DNA from: Candidatus Omnitrophota bacterium
Lineage (GTDB): Bacteria; Omnitrophota; Gorgyraeia; Gygaellales; Profunditerraquicolaceae
Assembly (NCBI GenBank): GCA_026387355.1
Contig: JAPLLW010000007.1
Location: 106,198-170,197, forward strand
DNA length: 64,000 bases
Direction: 5' to 3'
Positions 40,794 to 51,724 of the stretch are shown here, piece after piece (positions within the stretch are counted from its first letter, which is position 1; each line of letters starts with the position of its first letter). The translations under genes were made by a program, and so were the position numbers. Below the pieces are notes generated by a model. The model saw only the letters and a list, made by a program, of their open reading frames with translations. It did not search any database and was not told the DNA's origin.

Positions 40794-41725
40794 TATCTAT
40801 TCCTCCAATAATCTACTGTGAATTCCAATCCTTGCGTAAAATCGATTTCTGGCTTAAAACCTAAAATTCGTCTGGATTGAGTTAAATCCGCAAGTGTCCT
40901 AAAAACGTCTCCTGGCCTCTTCTTTAGAAAAATAGGCTTCACCTCTTTTTTTAGAATAATATTGATAAACCTAACTAATTCTAGAACACTGTAGTCCTTT
41001 CCCGAAGCAACATTAAATACTCCGAACTTCAAAGAGCTATTCTTTGTTGCCAAAAGATTAGCATTAACAACATTCTTTACGTAGGTAAAATCCCTGGACT
41101 GTTTTCCTGTGCCAAAAATTGGCGGCTGTTTATCCTTTAGCATAGAGTTGATGAACTTGGGTATAACTACCGCGTACTCATCATCAAGTGCCTGGCGTGC
41201 TCCGAAGACATTGAAATAGCGTAAAGCAACGCAAGGTAAATTATAATGCAGGCTAAAAATCTTGCAGTAATGCTCACCCGTCAATTTACTCAAAGCATAA
41301 GGTGAAATGGGAGCAGGCGTAAACGACTCTTTTTCGGGAAAATCCTCAACTTCCCCGTAAACAGAGCTTGATGAGGCAAAAACAAATCTTTTAACTGAAT
41401 TAGCTCTTGAGGCCTCAAGCATATTAAGTGTTCCGTCAATATTAACCCTATTGTAACTATGCGGATCGTTCATTGACTTAGGAACGCTCCTTAAGGCAGC
41501 CTGGTGCAAGACAAAATCAATCCCCTTGGTAGCTTTAAGACAAGTGGCTTTAGAAACTATGTCTCCTTTTATTATCTCGACCTTACCTTTAACTCCTGCT
41601 AGATTCTCAATTTTACCGCTGGAAAAATTATCAAATACGCGCACTCTATGCTTATCCTTAACTAACCTTTCTACGATATGAGAACCTATAAACCCAGCTC
41701 CTCCACTAACCAGGAATTTACTCAT
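40793..41725 (-). CDS. UDP-GlcNAc 4-epimerase-like SDR (WbpP-type)
   Basis: [33 protein letters not shown]. Confidence 0.85.
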   Translation of the reverse strand: MSKFLVSGGAGFIGSHIVERLVKDKHRVRVFDNFSSGKIENLAGVKGKVEIIKGDIVSKATCLKATKGIDFVLHQAALRSVPKSMNDPHSYNRVNIDGTLNMLEASRANSVKRFVFASSSSVYGEVEDFPEKESFTPAPISPYALSKLTGEHYCKIFSLHYNLPCVALRYFNVFGARQALDDEYAVVIPKFINSMLKDKQPPIFGTGKQSRDFTYVKNVVNANLLATKNSSLKFGVFNVASGKDYSVLELVRFINIILKKEVKPIFLKKRPGDVFRTLADLTQSRRILGFKPEIDFTQGLEFTVDYWRNR

Positions 41726-43023
41726 AGCCTGACCACCTTTCCAATATTTCTGCCGCGATATACATTACGCGCATCAAATATCAATTTAGAATTTCTTAAA
41801 ATAAAATTATAATCTAAGGTGGAATGATCCGTAGCTATAACTACGCAGTCAAATTTAGCTAAATTTTGGCCGGATATAGCGGAAGATTTTAAATCGACGT
41901 CTTTTACCTTTAAATACGGGATTAGTGGGTCATAGTAAGAGATTTTTGCCCCTCGTTTCTTTAAGCTGCTGATCAAATCAATGCTCGGAGACTGTCGCAA
42001 ATCCTTAATATCTCTTTTATATGTCACTCCAACCACAAGAATCCTTTTCCCCTTAAGACTTTTCTTAATCGCTTCCTGAATGCGCAGTGCTACGTATTCA
42101 GGCATATAGCTGATGACATCTGAGGCCAGACGGATAAAACGGGAGTAAAAACCAAAGCTTTTGGCTTTCCAGTGCAAGTATAATGGATCTTTTGGTATGC
42201 AATGTCCTCCCACTCCAGGCCCCGGATAAAATGGCATGAAACCAAACGGTTTAGTAGAAGCAGCGCTTACTACTTCCCATATATCAATTTTCATCTTATG
42301 TGCCATCATCGCTAACTCATCTATTAAACCGATATTAATTAATCGGAAGGTATTTTCCAATAATTTAACCGTTTCAGCAGCCCTAGCGCTAGAAACTGGT
42401 ACTACTTTATCAATAATAATCTTATAGATTTCTGCCCCCCGGAGGGTTGCCTCCCTATTTATCCCTCCGATAACTTTAGGAATTTTATTAACTGGAAATT
42501 TCACATTACCCGGATCAATTCTTTCAGGAGAAAAACAAAGAAAGAAATCTTTTCCGTGTTCTAGGCCTGCTTTCTCAAAAATCGGGAGTAGCTCTTCATC
42601 AGTTGTCCCAGGATAAGTAGTGCTCTCCAGAATGACCAAAGCACCTTTTTTAATATAACTAACCACGGATTGAACCGCACTTTTTATATAGGATATATCC
42701 GGTAAGTTTTTTCTCTTTAGAGGTGTTGGGACACAGACTAATACAGCATCGCAATCTTTGATTACCGAGAAATCCGAGGTTGCGCTAAAACAGCCCTTTT
42801 TTAGAATGCTCTTTAATTCTTTGCTCGAAACATCGCTTATATAAGATTCCTTGCATTGAATATGCCTTAGGCGGTCCTTATCAATTTCTATCCCCATAAC
42901 CGGAATACCCTTCTTTGCAAATTCAATAGCTAGGGGAAAACCAACATAGCCCAAACCCACTATAGCGATCCTTAACTCATTTATTCTTATTTTTCTCTTA
43001 AATCCTGATAAAAGATTACTCAT
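41722..43023 (-). CDS. UDP-N-acetylhexosamine 6-dehydrogenase (WbpA/WecC family)
   Basis: GLGYVG, ESTTYPGTT, SPERIDPG, KLLENTFR, GVGGHCIP. Confidence 0.88.
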   Translation of the reverse strand: MSNLLSGFKRKIRINELRIAIVGLGYVGFPLAIEFAKKGIPVMGIEIDKDRLRHIQCKESYISDVSSKELKSILKKGCFSATSDFSVIKDCDAVLVCVPTPLKRKNLPDISYIKSAVQSVVSYIKKGALVILESTTYPGTTDEELLPIFEKAGLEHGKDFFLCFSPERIDPGNVKFPVNKIPKVIGGINREATLRGAEIYKIIIDKVVPVSSARAAETVKLLENTFRLINIGLIDELAMMAHKMKIDIWEVVSAASTKPFGFMPFYPGPGVGGHCIPKDPLYLHWKAKSFGFYSRFIRLASDVISYMPEYVALRIQEAIKKSLKGKRILVVGVTYKRDIKDLRQSPSIDLISSLKKRGAKISYYDPLIPYLKVKDVDLKSSAISGQNLAKFDCVVIATDHSTLDYNFILRNSKLIFDARNVYRGRNIGKVVRL

Positions 43024-44314
43024 TGCCTCTGCCTACTCCTATATAAGTAAAACCGGCATCTTTAATTAACTTAGGATTATAAATATTCCTACCGTCGACT
43101 AAAAGTGGACGCCTAACAATTTTCTTAAGTTTAGAGAAATCAAGCTCTTTAAATTCGCCCCATTCTGTAGCAAGTAAAATGCAATCCGCGCCCTTAGACG
43201 CCTTATAGGCATCTTGACAAAAGGTAACTCCTTTTAAAATATTCTTAGCGTTAGTCATTGCCTTGGGATCATAAACCTTAATTTTTGCACCTTCGGCTTT
43301 CAGTAGATTTATCAAATCTATACTCGGCGAATTCCTCAAATCATCCGTATTAGGTTTAAAGGTAAGGCCCAAAACAGCAATAGTTTTGTCTTTAATAATC
43401 CAGAGCGCATCTTTAATTTTTTGTAAAACATATAATTTTTGTTTCTCGTTAGTCTCCCTAACAGCTTTAAGAATCTCGAAATCATACCCAAGTTTTTCAG
43501 AAATATTCATAAATGCCTCAAGGTCTTTAGGAAAACAGGATCCTCCATAACCTATACCTGCATGTAGAAAGTACTTACCGATACGGTTATCTAAGCCCAT
43601 CCCCTGAGCAACCTCCTTTACATCCGCTCCAGTTAAATCACAGATACGCGATACAGAATTTATAAAAGATATTTTTGTAGCCAAAAAGGCATTTGAGGCA
43701 TGCTTAATAAGTTCGGCTGACTGAATATTAGTAAAGATGATGGGGCAATTTAAGTACGAATAAAGCTTGAGCATAATCTGTCTTGCTTTAATACTTTCTA
43801 CTCCTACAACTATGCGGTCAGGGTGCGTAAAGTCGTAAATGGCAGAACCTTCGCGCAAGAATTCAGGGTTAGAAACAATATCAAACTTTATATTTTTCTT
43901 TAAATAAGTACTTAAAGTTTTCTTAATCCAATTGCATGTAGCAACCGGAACTGTTGATTTCTCAACAATTAAGCGGTAGCCATCCATGCTTAAAGCGATA
44001 TTACGCGCAACATTTTCTATCCCTGTAAGGTCGGCCTCTCCATTTTCTAATGGCGGAGTACCTACAGCAATAAAAATAATTTCAGAGGTTTTAACAGCTT
44101 CTTTTATGCTTGTAATAAATGTGAGTCTTTTATTTTTGGCGTTACGCTTAATCAATTCATCCAAACCCGGCTCATATATCGGGATTAACCCTTCCTTAAG
44201 ATTGCTTATTTTCTTAACGTCATTATCAACACAAGTTACCTTATTACCTAGCTCAGCTAAACATGCCCCTGTTACTAAACCCACGTATCCTGAGCCGATT
44301 ATTGAGATATTCAT
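43016..44314 (-). CDS. ugd: UDP-glucose 6-dehydrogenase
   Basis: GSGYVGL, KSTVP, SNPEFLREG, GYGGSCFPKD. Confidence 0.92.
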   Translation of the reverse strand: MNISIIGSGYVGLVTGACLAELGNKVTCVDNDVKKISNLKEGLIPIYEPGLDELIKRNAKNKRLTFITSIKEAVKTSEIIFIAVGTPPLENGEADLTGIENVARNIALSMDGYRLIVEKSTVPVATCNWIKKTLSTYLKKNIKFDIVSNPEFLREGSAIYDFTHPDRIVVGVESIKARQIMLKLYSYLNCPIIFTNIQSAELIKHASNAFLATKISFINSVSRICDLTGADVKEVAQGMGLDNRIGKYFLHAGIGYGGSCFPKDLEAFMNISEKLGYDFEILKAVRETNEKQKLYVLQKIKDALWIIKDKTIAVLGLTFKPNTDDLRNSPSIDLINLLKAEGAKIKVYDPKAMTNAKNILKGVTFCQDAYKASKGADCILLATEWGEFKELDFSKLKKIVRRPLLVDGRNIYNPKLIKDAGFTYIGVGRGNE

Positions 44315-44325
44315 ATTAACCCCCT

Positions 44326-46593
44326 TTAAGAACCAGATTTTGGCGCATTATAGCTTTGATCGAATCCGAATTCACCTTCTGGGAATGCCTTTAATCTGAA
44401 TACTACAAATAGGCCCTCACCGCTATTTGCCTGTTTACTATAAGTCAGGTCTACTTCCCAGCAATGCAGGTCCCTTGAGATTGTGTACTGTTGTTCAAGC
44501 GAGCCTTTGAAAATCTCTGGGTTTCCTACGGTAGTTTGATCACCATACGATTTCAAATTGTAGCGCTGATAAATTGAAAACTTCCATTTAGGGTTAATCC
44601 GCCACTTAAGTTCTGCGGTTATTTGATTGCCCTGTTTTCTTTCGTAGCGCTGGCCAAATCCAAAAGAGCGTTCCGGCGCAAAAGTAAAATCTATATCGTA
44701 ATCCACTTTAGAAAAATGATTGTAATTTGCATAGTCCGGATCAGAGGGCACGCCTGAATGCTTATACGTAGCATCTCCTTCAATTCTTAACCAGGCATAA
44801 GGAAGGATCTTGAACTTTAATAATACGTCTTGGAAAGAAGCACCTAGCTTATAGGAATCGTTGACATTAACCTGTTTAACGTAAATATCATTTTCGGGAG
44901 TAAGGCTAGTCCCGTAAACATTATGCGGAGCAAAAGCATAGCTGGTGTTTATATCGAACTCAACAAGGTCTACATTTTTCTCTTTACCATCTGTATCCTT
45001 GCGCTTTGTCTGTAGTTTGTTTACTAACTCCAGACTTGCTGAGTTACTTGCAGTAAGCAAGTCTACGCTATCGATCTGGAACAATTTGATAGCAGATACG
45101 GTTGGCTTAGTATTATAGGAATAATGAATGCTTGGTGTAATTACATGCCTTAGTTTATTTATATCTAAACCCATAAAATCTGTTTTCACATCAAACAGGC
45201 GGTAAAACTTCGTACTTAAATCAGCTCCTCCATAAAAAATTGTCCTTGCCGGTAGGACTTGCCCATCTGCTCCTTGATCATATACTGTTTCCCTGAACTT
45301 TACAAAAGGAGAAAACTCTAAGAAAGCAATTTTCATTGGTATAAATAATTTATTGTCTGTATCGAGCCTTGTATCTTTTACTGCAGAGGTAGTTGCTGGA
45401 GCCGTAGTTGCACTTTTATTAAAAGTTACCAAAGTAGTATTATTTTCGAAATGAAAAGGCGAACTTCCTAGCTGAATATTGGGTAAGGTGTATTTTATCT
45501 CCGGAAGTTTATCTAGCGTATCATACCAATGGTTAATACGTTTCTGGAATAGAACATCTATGCTTGAGTAGGCAAAATTATGATGAAATTGAGCATAAGT
45601 TAAGGGCTCCATATTCTTTTCAAACTCGCGGAAGAAATAGTCCTGAAGAAAATCGCTCTGCGAGTTACCATATTTTCTCTTATCATCTTTAACCTTTACT
45701 ATTTCAGTTATAAAATTTGTCTGTTTGTCGATATCCCATTTGTGGCGGTAACGAATCATATATCTCTGGTCCACCATTTTAATAGCATCTGATGAGTCAG
45801 CATTTTGGTTCGTATAATAGAACTTAAAAACACCTTTCCCAAACTTAGAATCGTAATTTGCCCCAATACCTTCTGACCAACCCCAGTTCCAACGATAGTC
45901 AAGATAAAATCTGCCGTCAAGATTATTAGCTATATTGAATCTTAGTACACTTAGTACGTACATCCCCCACTCCTTGCTTTTTCCAGGGACAACGCTCCAG
46001 TGCATTAGCGGGTCTTCTAATATGCGGTTAAAACGCGGTATATACAAAAGAGGGAAACCTCCTAAATAGAAATAATTATCCCTTGTCTGGATACTTTCCT
46101 GAGGAACAATGTTTATCTGTTTTGAGCTGATTTTATAATGCGGCCGGTCAAAACTACAGGTGGTTACATATCCTTTACGCGCTACGAACTCGCTCTCGTT
46201 GGTTTTTTCAACGAATCTTGCCTTACCAAAATAAGGGTTAGCTCTAAATTGCGCATCAACGATCGTACCCATATGCGTTTGAAAATTATAAATCAACTTT
46301 TCTCCCTCCACAATCCCCTGGCTATCTTCAAGCCTGACATTACCCGAAGCAGTCCCTTCTTTGGTCAGAGTATTTACGGTTAATTTTTGACAGGTAAGTC
46401 TTGAGCCAGAGTAGAGTATCTCTACATTCCCGGTAGCAGTGACCTCCTGGGCATCAGTAGAATACTCTACGACATCGCCATTAAGTATCATTGGCTGGGC
46501 TCTTGAGCCTGAAGAAGTAATGCCTTCGGAAAAAACAGGCAATATGCTGACTGCTATTAGGATTAATGAAATTAAATATACTTTCTTAAGCAT
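44326..46593 (-). CDS. lptD: LPS assembly protein LptD-like outer-membrane protein
   Basis: Signal peptide, OstA-like N-domain (ATGNV, ASGNV), TTC..PHY, LRHVITP, RDLHCW. Confidence 0.8.
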   Translation of the reverse strand: MLKKVYLISLILIAVSILPVFSEGITSSGSRAQPMILNGDVVEYSTDAQEVTATGNVEILYSGSRLTCQKLTVNTLTKEGTASGNVRLEDSQGIVEGEKLIYNFQTHMGTIVDAQFRANPYFGKARFVEKTNESEFVARKGYVTTCSFDRPHYKISSKQINIVPQESIQTRDNYFYLGGFPLLYIPRFNRILEDPLMHWSVVPGKSKEWGMYVLSVLRFNIANNLDGRFYLDYRWNWGWSEGIGANYDSKFGKGVFKFYYTNQNADSSDAIKMVDQRYMIRYRHKWDIDKQTNFITEIVKVKDDKRKYGNSQSDFLQDYFFREFEKNMEPLTYAQFHHNFAYSSIDVLFQKRINHWYDTLDKLPEIKYTLPNIQLGSSPFHFENNTTLVTFNKSATTAPATTSAVKDTRLDTDNKLFIPMKIAFLEFSPFVKFRETVYDQGADGQVLPARTIFYGGADLSTKFYRLFDVKTDFMGLDINKLRHVITPSIHYSYNTKPTVSAIKLFQIDSVDLLTASNSASLELVNKLQTKRKDTDGKEKNVDLVEFDINTSYAFAPHNVYGTSLTPENDIYVKQVNVNDSYKLGASFQDVLLKFKILPYAWLRIEGDATYKHSGVPSDPDYANYNHFSKVDYDIDFTFAPERSFGFGQRYERKQGNQITAELKWRINPKWKFSIYQRYNLKSYGDQTTVGNPEIFKGSLEQQYTISRDLHCWEVDLTYSKQANSGEGLFVVFRLKAFPEGEFGFDQSYNAPKSGS

Positions 46594-47238
46594 TTATTTG
46601 GGTATTTTTTTGGAGTCTTCCAGGAATCGCTGTATACCGATATCAGTAAGCGGGTGTTTTATCAACTGTTCAATTACCGTAAATGGAATAGTGGCAATAT
46701 CTGCTCCGATGAGTGCCGCATCCAAGACATGCACAGGGTTACGCACCGAAGCAACAATTATCTCTGTTTTAAACGAATAGTTATTATAGATTGTCTTTAT
46801 ATTACGAATTAGATCCATGCCAACCTGGCTTATGTCATCAAGCCGGCCGATAAATGGCGAGACATAATTTCCTCCTGCCTTGGCTACAAGCAGTGCCTGG
46901 TTCGCAGAAAAACAAAGGGTTGTGTTTGTCTTTATCCCTTCTTGGGCAAGACACCTAACCGCCTTAATCCCATCCTTAGTTAAAGGAACCTTGATTACTA
47001 TATTCTTGGCAATTTTAGTAAGTAGCCTTGCTTCCTTTAGCATTCCCTCAACATCAAGGCTGAGTACTTCTGCGCTAATCGGACCGGTTACTAAGGTAGC
47101 AATCTCCTTCAGTAAATCTTCTGCAGGCCTATTTTCTTTTGCTATAAGGCTGGGATTTGTAGTTACTCCATCAATAAGGCCTAAACTAACAGCTTCTTTA
47201 ATTTCCTTAATGCTTGCGGTATCAATAAATATCTTCAT
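46594..47238 (-). CDS. Transaldolase / fructose-6-phosphate aldolase (short type)
   Basis: MKIFIDTA (start moved to 47238), [28 protein letters not shown]. Confidence 0.92.
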   Translation of the reverse strand: MKIFIDTASIKEIKEAVSLGLIDGVTTNPSLIAKENRPAEDLLKEIATLVTGPISAEVLSLDVEGMLKEARLLTKIAKNIVIKVPLTKDGIKAVRCLAQEGIKTNTTLCFSANQALLVAKAGGNYVSPFIGRLDDISQVGMDLIRNIKTIYNNYSFKTEIIVASVRNPVHVLDAALIGADIATIPFTVIEQLIKHPLTDIGIQRFLEDSKKIPK

Positions 47239-47242
47239 AAAC

Positions 47243-48163
47243 CTATATCCCTTCGCGAACCATAATTGCGGCGCCAATTAGCCCTGCTTCATTACCTAAC
47301 TTTGCCTTAATTATTCTTACGCGTTTAAACTGAACACTCATTGCCTGCTTTCTTAAGGTTTCTTTAATGCTATCAAAAAGAGGGCTTCCGGCATTAGCAA
47401 CTCCTCCTCCTAAAACTATTGCATCCAGATTTAATAGATTTATTACGCCGGCTAGCGCAAATCCCAGATGCGCACCCACATTATGCCAAACAGAAAGCGC
47501 TTTTTGATTATGTTTTGCAGCCAACGCACTTAGCTCTTCAAGGGTAATCGTTCTTTTAAAAACTTTTTTTGCCTGGTTAATAATCCTTCTGTTGCCAACA
47601 TAGGCTTCGAGACATCCTATGCTACCGCAATTACAATATGCGCCTTTTTCATTTATCGGCAAATGCCCAACTTCACCAGCAGCATTATTAAAACCGCGGT
47701 AAAGTTTACCATTAAGAATAATCCCCCCACCAATCCCCGTGCCCAACGTCATACATAAAACATTATATAGCCCTTTTGCCGCCCCTAATTTATATTCGGC
47801 TAAAGTCATAAGCTTTGCGTCATTATCAATAAATACCGGAAGACCTAATTCTTTCTTTAGGATATCCCTAAGCTTCACTTCCTTCCACCCGGGAATATTA
47901 GGAAAGAAATGTACTATACCCGCTTTTGCATCAACAGGGCCCGGCAGGCCTAGTCCTACGCCGGAAATCTGAGCCTTGCCTAAATTATTGTATTTGATGA
48001 ATCTGTTTACGGAGTAGACTATGCCATGGATAAGGTCGTCTTTTTCCATAAAAGAACGGGTGCTCAGGACTTCTTTATCTTTGATATTGTAAGCTGGATC
48101 CAGGAGGGCTACTTTTAGATTAGTACCGCCTAAATCAATAGCGATAACATATTTTTTGTTCAT
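47243..48163 (-). CDS. ROK family sugar kinase (glucokinase-like)
   Basis: DLGGT, NDA, GTGIGGG, GEVGH, CNCG..GCLE; start likely MNKK at 48163. Confidence 0.9.
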   Translation of the reverse strand: MNKKYVIAIDLGGTNLKVALLDPAYNIKDKEVLSTRSFMEKDDLIHGIVYSVNRFIKYNNLGKAQISGVGLGLPGPVDAKAGIVHFFPNIPGWKEVKLRDILKKELGLPVFIDNDAKLMTLAEYKLGAAKGLYNVLCMTLGTGIGGGIILNGKLYRGFNNAAGEVGHLPINEKGAYCNCGSIGCLEAYVGNRRIINQAKKVFKRTITLEELSALAAKHNQKALSVWHNVGAHLGFALAGVINLLNLDAIVLGGGVANAGSPLFDSIKETLRKQAMSVQFKRVRIIKAKLGNEAGLIGAAIMVREGI

Positions 48164-48221
48164 ATTAATGTAATAATACCCAAACCTAAAGTTGGCAAAC
48201 AATTACGACAAATATTTAGAT

Positions 48222-48250
48222 AGATTACCATAAAAATTTAGAAGCTTCAA
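48222..48250 (-). promoter_or_regulatory. Possible sigma70 promoter of the ROK-tal-lptD-ugd operon
   Basis: TTGAAG-17nt-TAATCT with extended TG. Confidence 0.4.
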
Positions 48251-48268
48251 GGGATATCTTAAGGAAGG

Positions 48269-49264
48269 CTATATTGCTTTGTGCGCGCATACCTTATTTC
48301 TACCTGCCTGCTTAGCCATATAAAGAGCCTTATCCGCTGCCTCAATAATCTCAGTAGTATCTTCGCCGTCTCCAGAAAAAGTTGCAACCCCAATGCTGAT
48401 TGTCACTTTTAGCTCTTCGTCATAAACTTTAATTCTCTTTAGCTCAATCTCGTGACGCAAACGCTCTGCGACAAAAAGTGCCTGCTGCTTGTTTGCCTCA
48501 GCTAATACAACTGCTAGTTCTTCTCCTCCATATCGGCCCACAAAATCAATCTGCCTAAGGGATTCCTTAATCGTCTTAGAAACCTCTCTTAATATTGCAT
48601 CTCCTACAAGATGGCCATATTTATCATTGCAATTCTTAAATTTGTCTATATCAATCATAAAAAAAGAGAAACAGAGCTTAAATTTCCTGGAACGCCTCAG
48701 TTCCTCCTTTAGTCTATCTAAGAAATGCCTACGGCTAAATAGCTGTGTTAAACTATCCGTAATCGAGAGTTCTTGTACTTTCTTATACAAAAAAGCTCTC
48801 TTAATGCCGATTAGGAATTGCTGTCCCAAGATCTGAAACCTATCCTTATCTTTATCGGGAATACCCTTAGCTATTAAATAACCGACTTTATCCTGCTGAA
48901 TTGCTAAAGGCAAAACCGTGCATCCTTTGCATTGGGTTAAATCAGCATCCTTGGTAAGAAATTGACAGCTGCTTATTTCAATATGATTCTTCAATTGCTC
49001 GTTAAAAATTGTAAATATCTTTTCTTCATCCAGCGATTTACAGAGCTGTTTTGTAATATCGTAGAGGGCGATTGTCTGGGCTACGCTATCTTCTAATCGT
49101 AAATTATCACTATTAAGCCTAGCGTTTTCTAGAGAGAACTTTTCATGCTCATCGTTCAAATGAGCGCACTCTCTCTTCTTACTTAAAAGCCTATGTTTTA
49201 GGATCTTATTTAACAAAGCTACTGCTGAAATAGAAATCAGAATTAACGCGCCTATATACAACAT
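48269..49264 (-). CDS. Membrane-anchored diguanylate cyclase
   Basis: N-terminal TM, coiled coil, TDSLT, RQID I-site, RYGGEEL. Confidence 0.9.
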   Translation of the reverse strand: MLYIGALILISISAVALLNKILKHRLLSKKRECAHLNDEHEKFSLENARLNSDNLRLEDSVAQTIALYDITKQLCKSLDEEKIFTIFNEQLKNHIEISSCQFLTKDADLTQCKGCTVLPLAIQQDKVGYLIAKGIPDKDKDRFQILGQQFLIGIKRAFLYKKVQELSITDSLTQLFSRRHFLDRLKEELRRSRKFKLCFSFFMIDIDKFKNCNDKYGHLVGDAILREVSKTIKESLRQIDFVGRYGGEELAVVLAEANKQQALFVAERLRHEIELKRIKVYDEELKVTISIGVATFSGDGEDTTEIIEAADKALYMAKQAGRNKVCAHKAI

Positions 49265-50550
49265 ACTTGGTTTCTTCCTTTTTGCTTAGCTTGATACATC
49301 GCTTTGTCAGATGAACGGATTAACTCGACTTCATCAACTATTTCAGCAGAGAGTTCAGCCAGGCCAATCGAAACAGTCACATGTGTTTCGGTCCTACGCA
49401 ACAGTATCCTTTCCTTTTCTATTGCCTTGCGCAGTTTCTCAGCTGCATTAAAAGCCTCTACCTTACTTAATCCACTGACGACTATACAAAACTCTTCTCC
49501 TCCAAAACGGCTAATCAAAGGATTAAGGCTACCTAATGATTCAAGGATTAGTTGGCTCACCTTCTTTAATACAATATCACCGGCCATATGCCCAAACTCA
49601 TCGTTATAATTCTTAAATAAGTCGATATCGACCATGATAAAAATCAATGATCTATTCAAATGCTTGCTTCTAGTACATTCTTCTTTTAAACGTTCTAGAA
49701 AATAGCCCTTGGAATAAAATCCGGTTAAGGCGTCGCGAATTGCTAATTCCTGCGTCTTTTTAAACAACTCGCTATTTTCAATTGCAACCGCACCTAAATC
49801 TGAGATGGCAACCAAAAATCTCAAATCGTCCTGATTAAAGAACTTCTGAATTTGACTATCAAGCCTAAGGATCCCAAGGAACTTATTTTCGCTAATCAAT
49901 GGCGAGCTAACTAAAGACAAAACACTTCGCATATCTAGCTCTTTAAACTTTTCGACATCAAAACGGAAATCGTTTTTAATATCCTCGATCAAAAGTGGGG
50001 TAGAGTGCCTAAGCACCCAAAGATCAAAGATACTCCCTTCTTTGGTTTTTATAACCATTGAGAGATCTTCTTTTTTTGTCTTAAAAAGGCCGAGTTTTTG
50101 GGTACGGCTTTCAACCAAATACAATAAACACACCCCTTTATTGCGACCAATCAGGCTAAAGGCATCGTTAGCCAAAATCTCAGCAACTAGATCAAGATCT
50201 AGCCCTTGACTTATTTTTTCAAGAATATTTTTGAGGTTATTAATACGCTGGAAGTTTTCCTGGAGGGCAAGATTATTCTGCTTTTTTCTTGTGTATTCAG
50301 CATCTAGGATGTTGGTTTTTTCATTAAGCTCTTGCATCCGAAAATCTAGGGCATAATTTAAAACAGAGAATCTTCTAAGAAGATAATAAATTAAGCTCAC
50401 GTTTAGTAGGTAAAATAGAAGTAGGATCTTAAACTGTCTTCCGGGGATAATTAATGCTAAATAGTTTGGGAGGATAAGATAAGCTAGTACGAAGATTATT
50501 ACGTAGCCAGTGAACTTTAAGGGATAAGCTCTCCCTAAAGGATTAGACAT
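49252..50550 (-). CDS. Two-TM GAF-GGDEF diguanylate cyclase
   Basis: Two TM helices, GAF-like domain, RDALTG, RFGGEEF; no RxxD I-site. Confidence 0.9.
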   Translation of the reverse strand: MSNPLGRAYPLKFTGYVIIFVLAYLILPNYLALIIPGRQFKILLLFYLLNVSLIYYLLRRFSVLNYALDFRMQELNEKTNILDAEYTRKKQNNLALQENFQRINNLKNILEKISQGLDLDLVAEILANDAFSLIGRNKGVCLLYLVESRTQKLGLFKTKKEDLSMVIKTKEGSIFDLWVLRHSTPLLIEDIKNDFRFDVEKFKELDMRSVLSLVSSPLISENKFLGILRLDSQIQKFFNQDDLRFLVAISDLGAVAIENSELFKKTQELAIRDALTGFYSKGYFLERLKEECTRSKHLNRSLIFIMVDIDLFKNYNDEFGHMAGDIVLKKVSQLILESLGSLNPLISRFGGEEFCIVVSGLSKVEAFNAAEKLRKAIEKERILLRRTETHVTVSIGLAELSAEIVDEVELIRSSDKAMYQAKQKGRNQVCCI

Positions 50551-50568
50551 AGGGAATATTAGGGCCTC

Positions 50569-51672
50569 TTACACAATCGTCTCTTCAGTATCCTTATCGA
50601 AGAAGTGTGCCTTGCTCATATCAAAAACCAAATCCATATCTTGATTAATCTTGGGCCGGTCATGCGCTCCCACGCGAGCGATAAATGTATGCTTACCTGT
50701 ATTTAGGTAGAGGTAAACTTCTGAACCTATGGGTTCAAAAACTTCGCACTTTACCCTGACAATATTCTCAGGTGGCGCTTCAGATACAAAGAGTTTATCG
50801 TATATATCCTCAGAGCGTATACCAAAGGTCAGCTCTCTGTCTATGTAAGAGGTCATTTTCTGACGTATATCATCAACCAATTTTACGTGGATCTTACCTT
50901 CATCAAAATAAAGGCGACCATCTTTCTTGATAATTTTACCCTGCATAAAATTCATCGGAGGTGATCCAATAAAACCGGCAACAAATTTATTTTTCGGATG
51001 GTCGTATACTTGAATCGGATCTGCCACCTGATGCAGGATCCCATCTTTCATCACCGCGATCCTATCCCCCATAGTCATAGCTTCCACCTGATCATGAGTA
51101 ACATAGATAATCGTAGTCTGCAACCTAGTATGTAACTTATGTATCTCTGTACGCATCTGCACGCGCATCTTAGCATCAAGATTGCTTAATGGTTCGTCAA
51201 AAAGAAAAACCATGGGTTTTCTAACAATCGCTCTGCCTACCGCTACGCGTTGACGCTCGCCACCAGATAGCTCTTTAGGTTTACGATTAAGCAACTTCTT
51301 TATCCCTAATATATCCGCAGCATCATTGACGCGTTGAATTATTTCGGCCTTAGGAATTCGTCTTAACCTTAGACCAAAAGACATATTTTCAAATGCCGTC
51401 ATATGCGGATAAAGAGCGTAATTCTGAAAGACCATAGCAATATCCCTATCCTTTGCCGGCAAATCATTAACTAGTTTATTGCCAATATAGATCTCTCCGG
51501 CGCTGATATCTTCTAAGCCGGCAATCATCCTCAAGGTAGTGGATTTGCCACAACCAGAAGGGCCGACTAAGACCATAAATTCTTTGTTTTCTATACTTAA
51601 GTTTACAGCATCTACCGCTTTAATATTACCCGGGAAAACTTTGCAGACATTTCTCAGGCTTACCTGTGCCAT
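50569..51672 (-). CDS. Sugar ABC transporter ATPase (MalK/UgpC/MsmX family)
   Basis: GPSGCGKST, VFQNYALYPHM, LSGGERQR, DEPLSNLD, TOBE domain. Confidence 0.93.
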   Translation of the reverse strand: MAQVSLRNVCKVFPGNIKAVDAVNLSIENKEFMVLVGPSGCGKSTTLRMIAGLEDISAGEIYIGNKLVNDLPAKDRDIAMVFQNYALYPHMTAFENMSFGLRLRRIPKAEIIQRVNDAADILGIKKLLNRKPKELSGGERQRVAVGRAIVRKPMVFLFDEPLSNLDAKMRVQMRTEIHKLHTRLQTTIIYVTHDQVEAMTMGDRIAVMKDGILHQVADPIQVYDHPKNKFVAGFIGSPPMNFMQGKIIKKDGRLYFDEGKIHVKLVDDIRQKMTSYIDRELTFGIRSEDIYDKLFVSEAPPENIVRVKCEVFEPIGSEVYLYLNTGKHTFIARVGAHDRPKINQDMDLVFDMSKAHFFDKDTEETIV

Positions 51673-51724
51673 GCTTCTCCTTAATTATACTAATTATTAA
51701 TTACGCCTTTTAAGTATATTCAAT

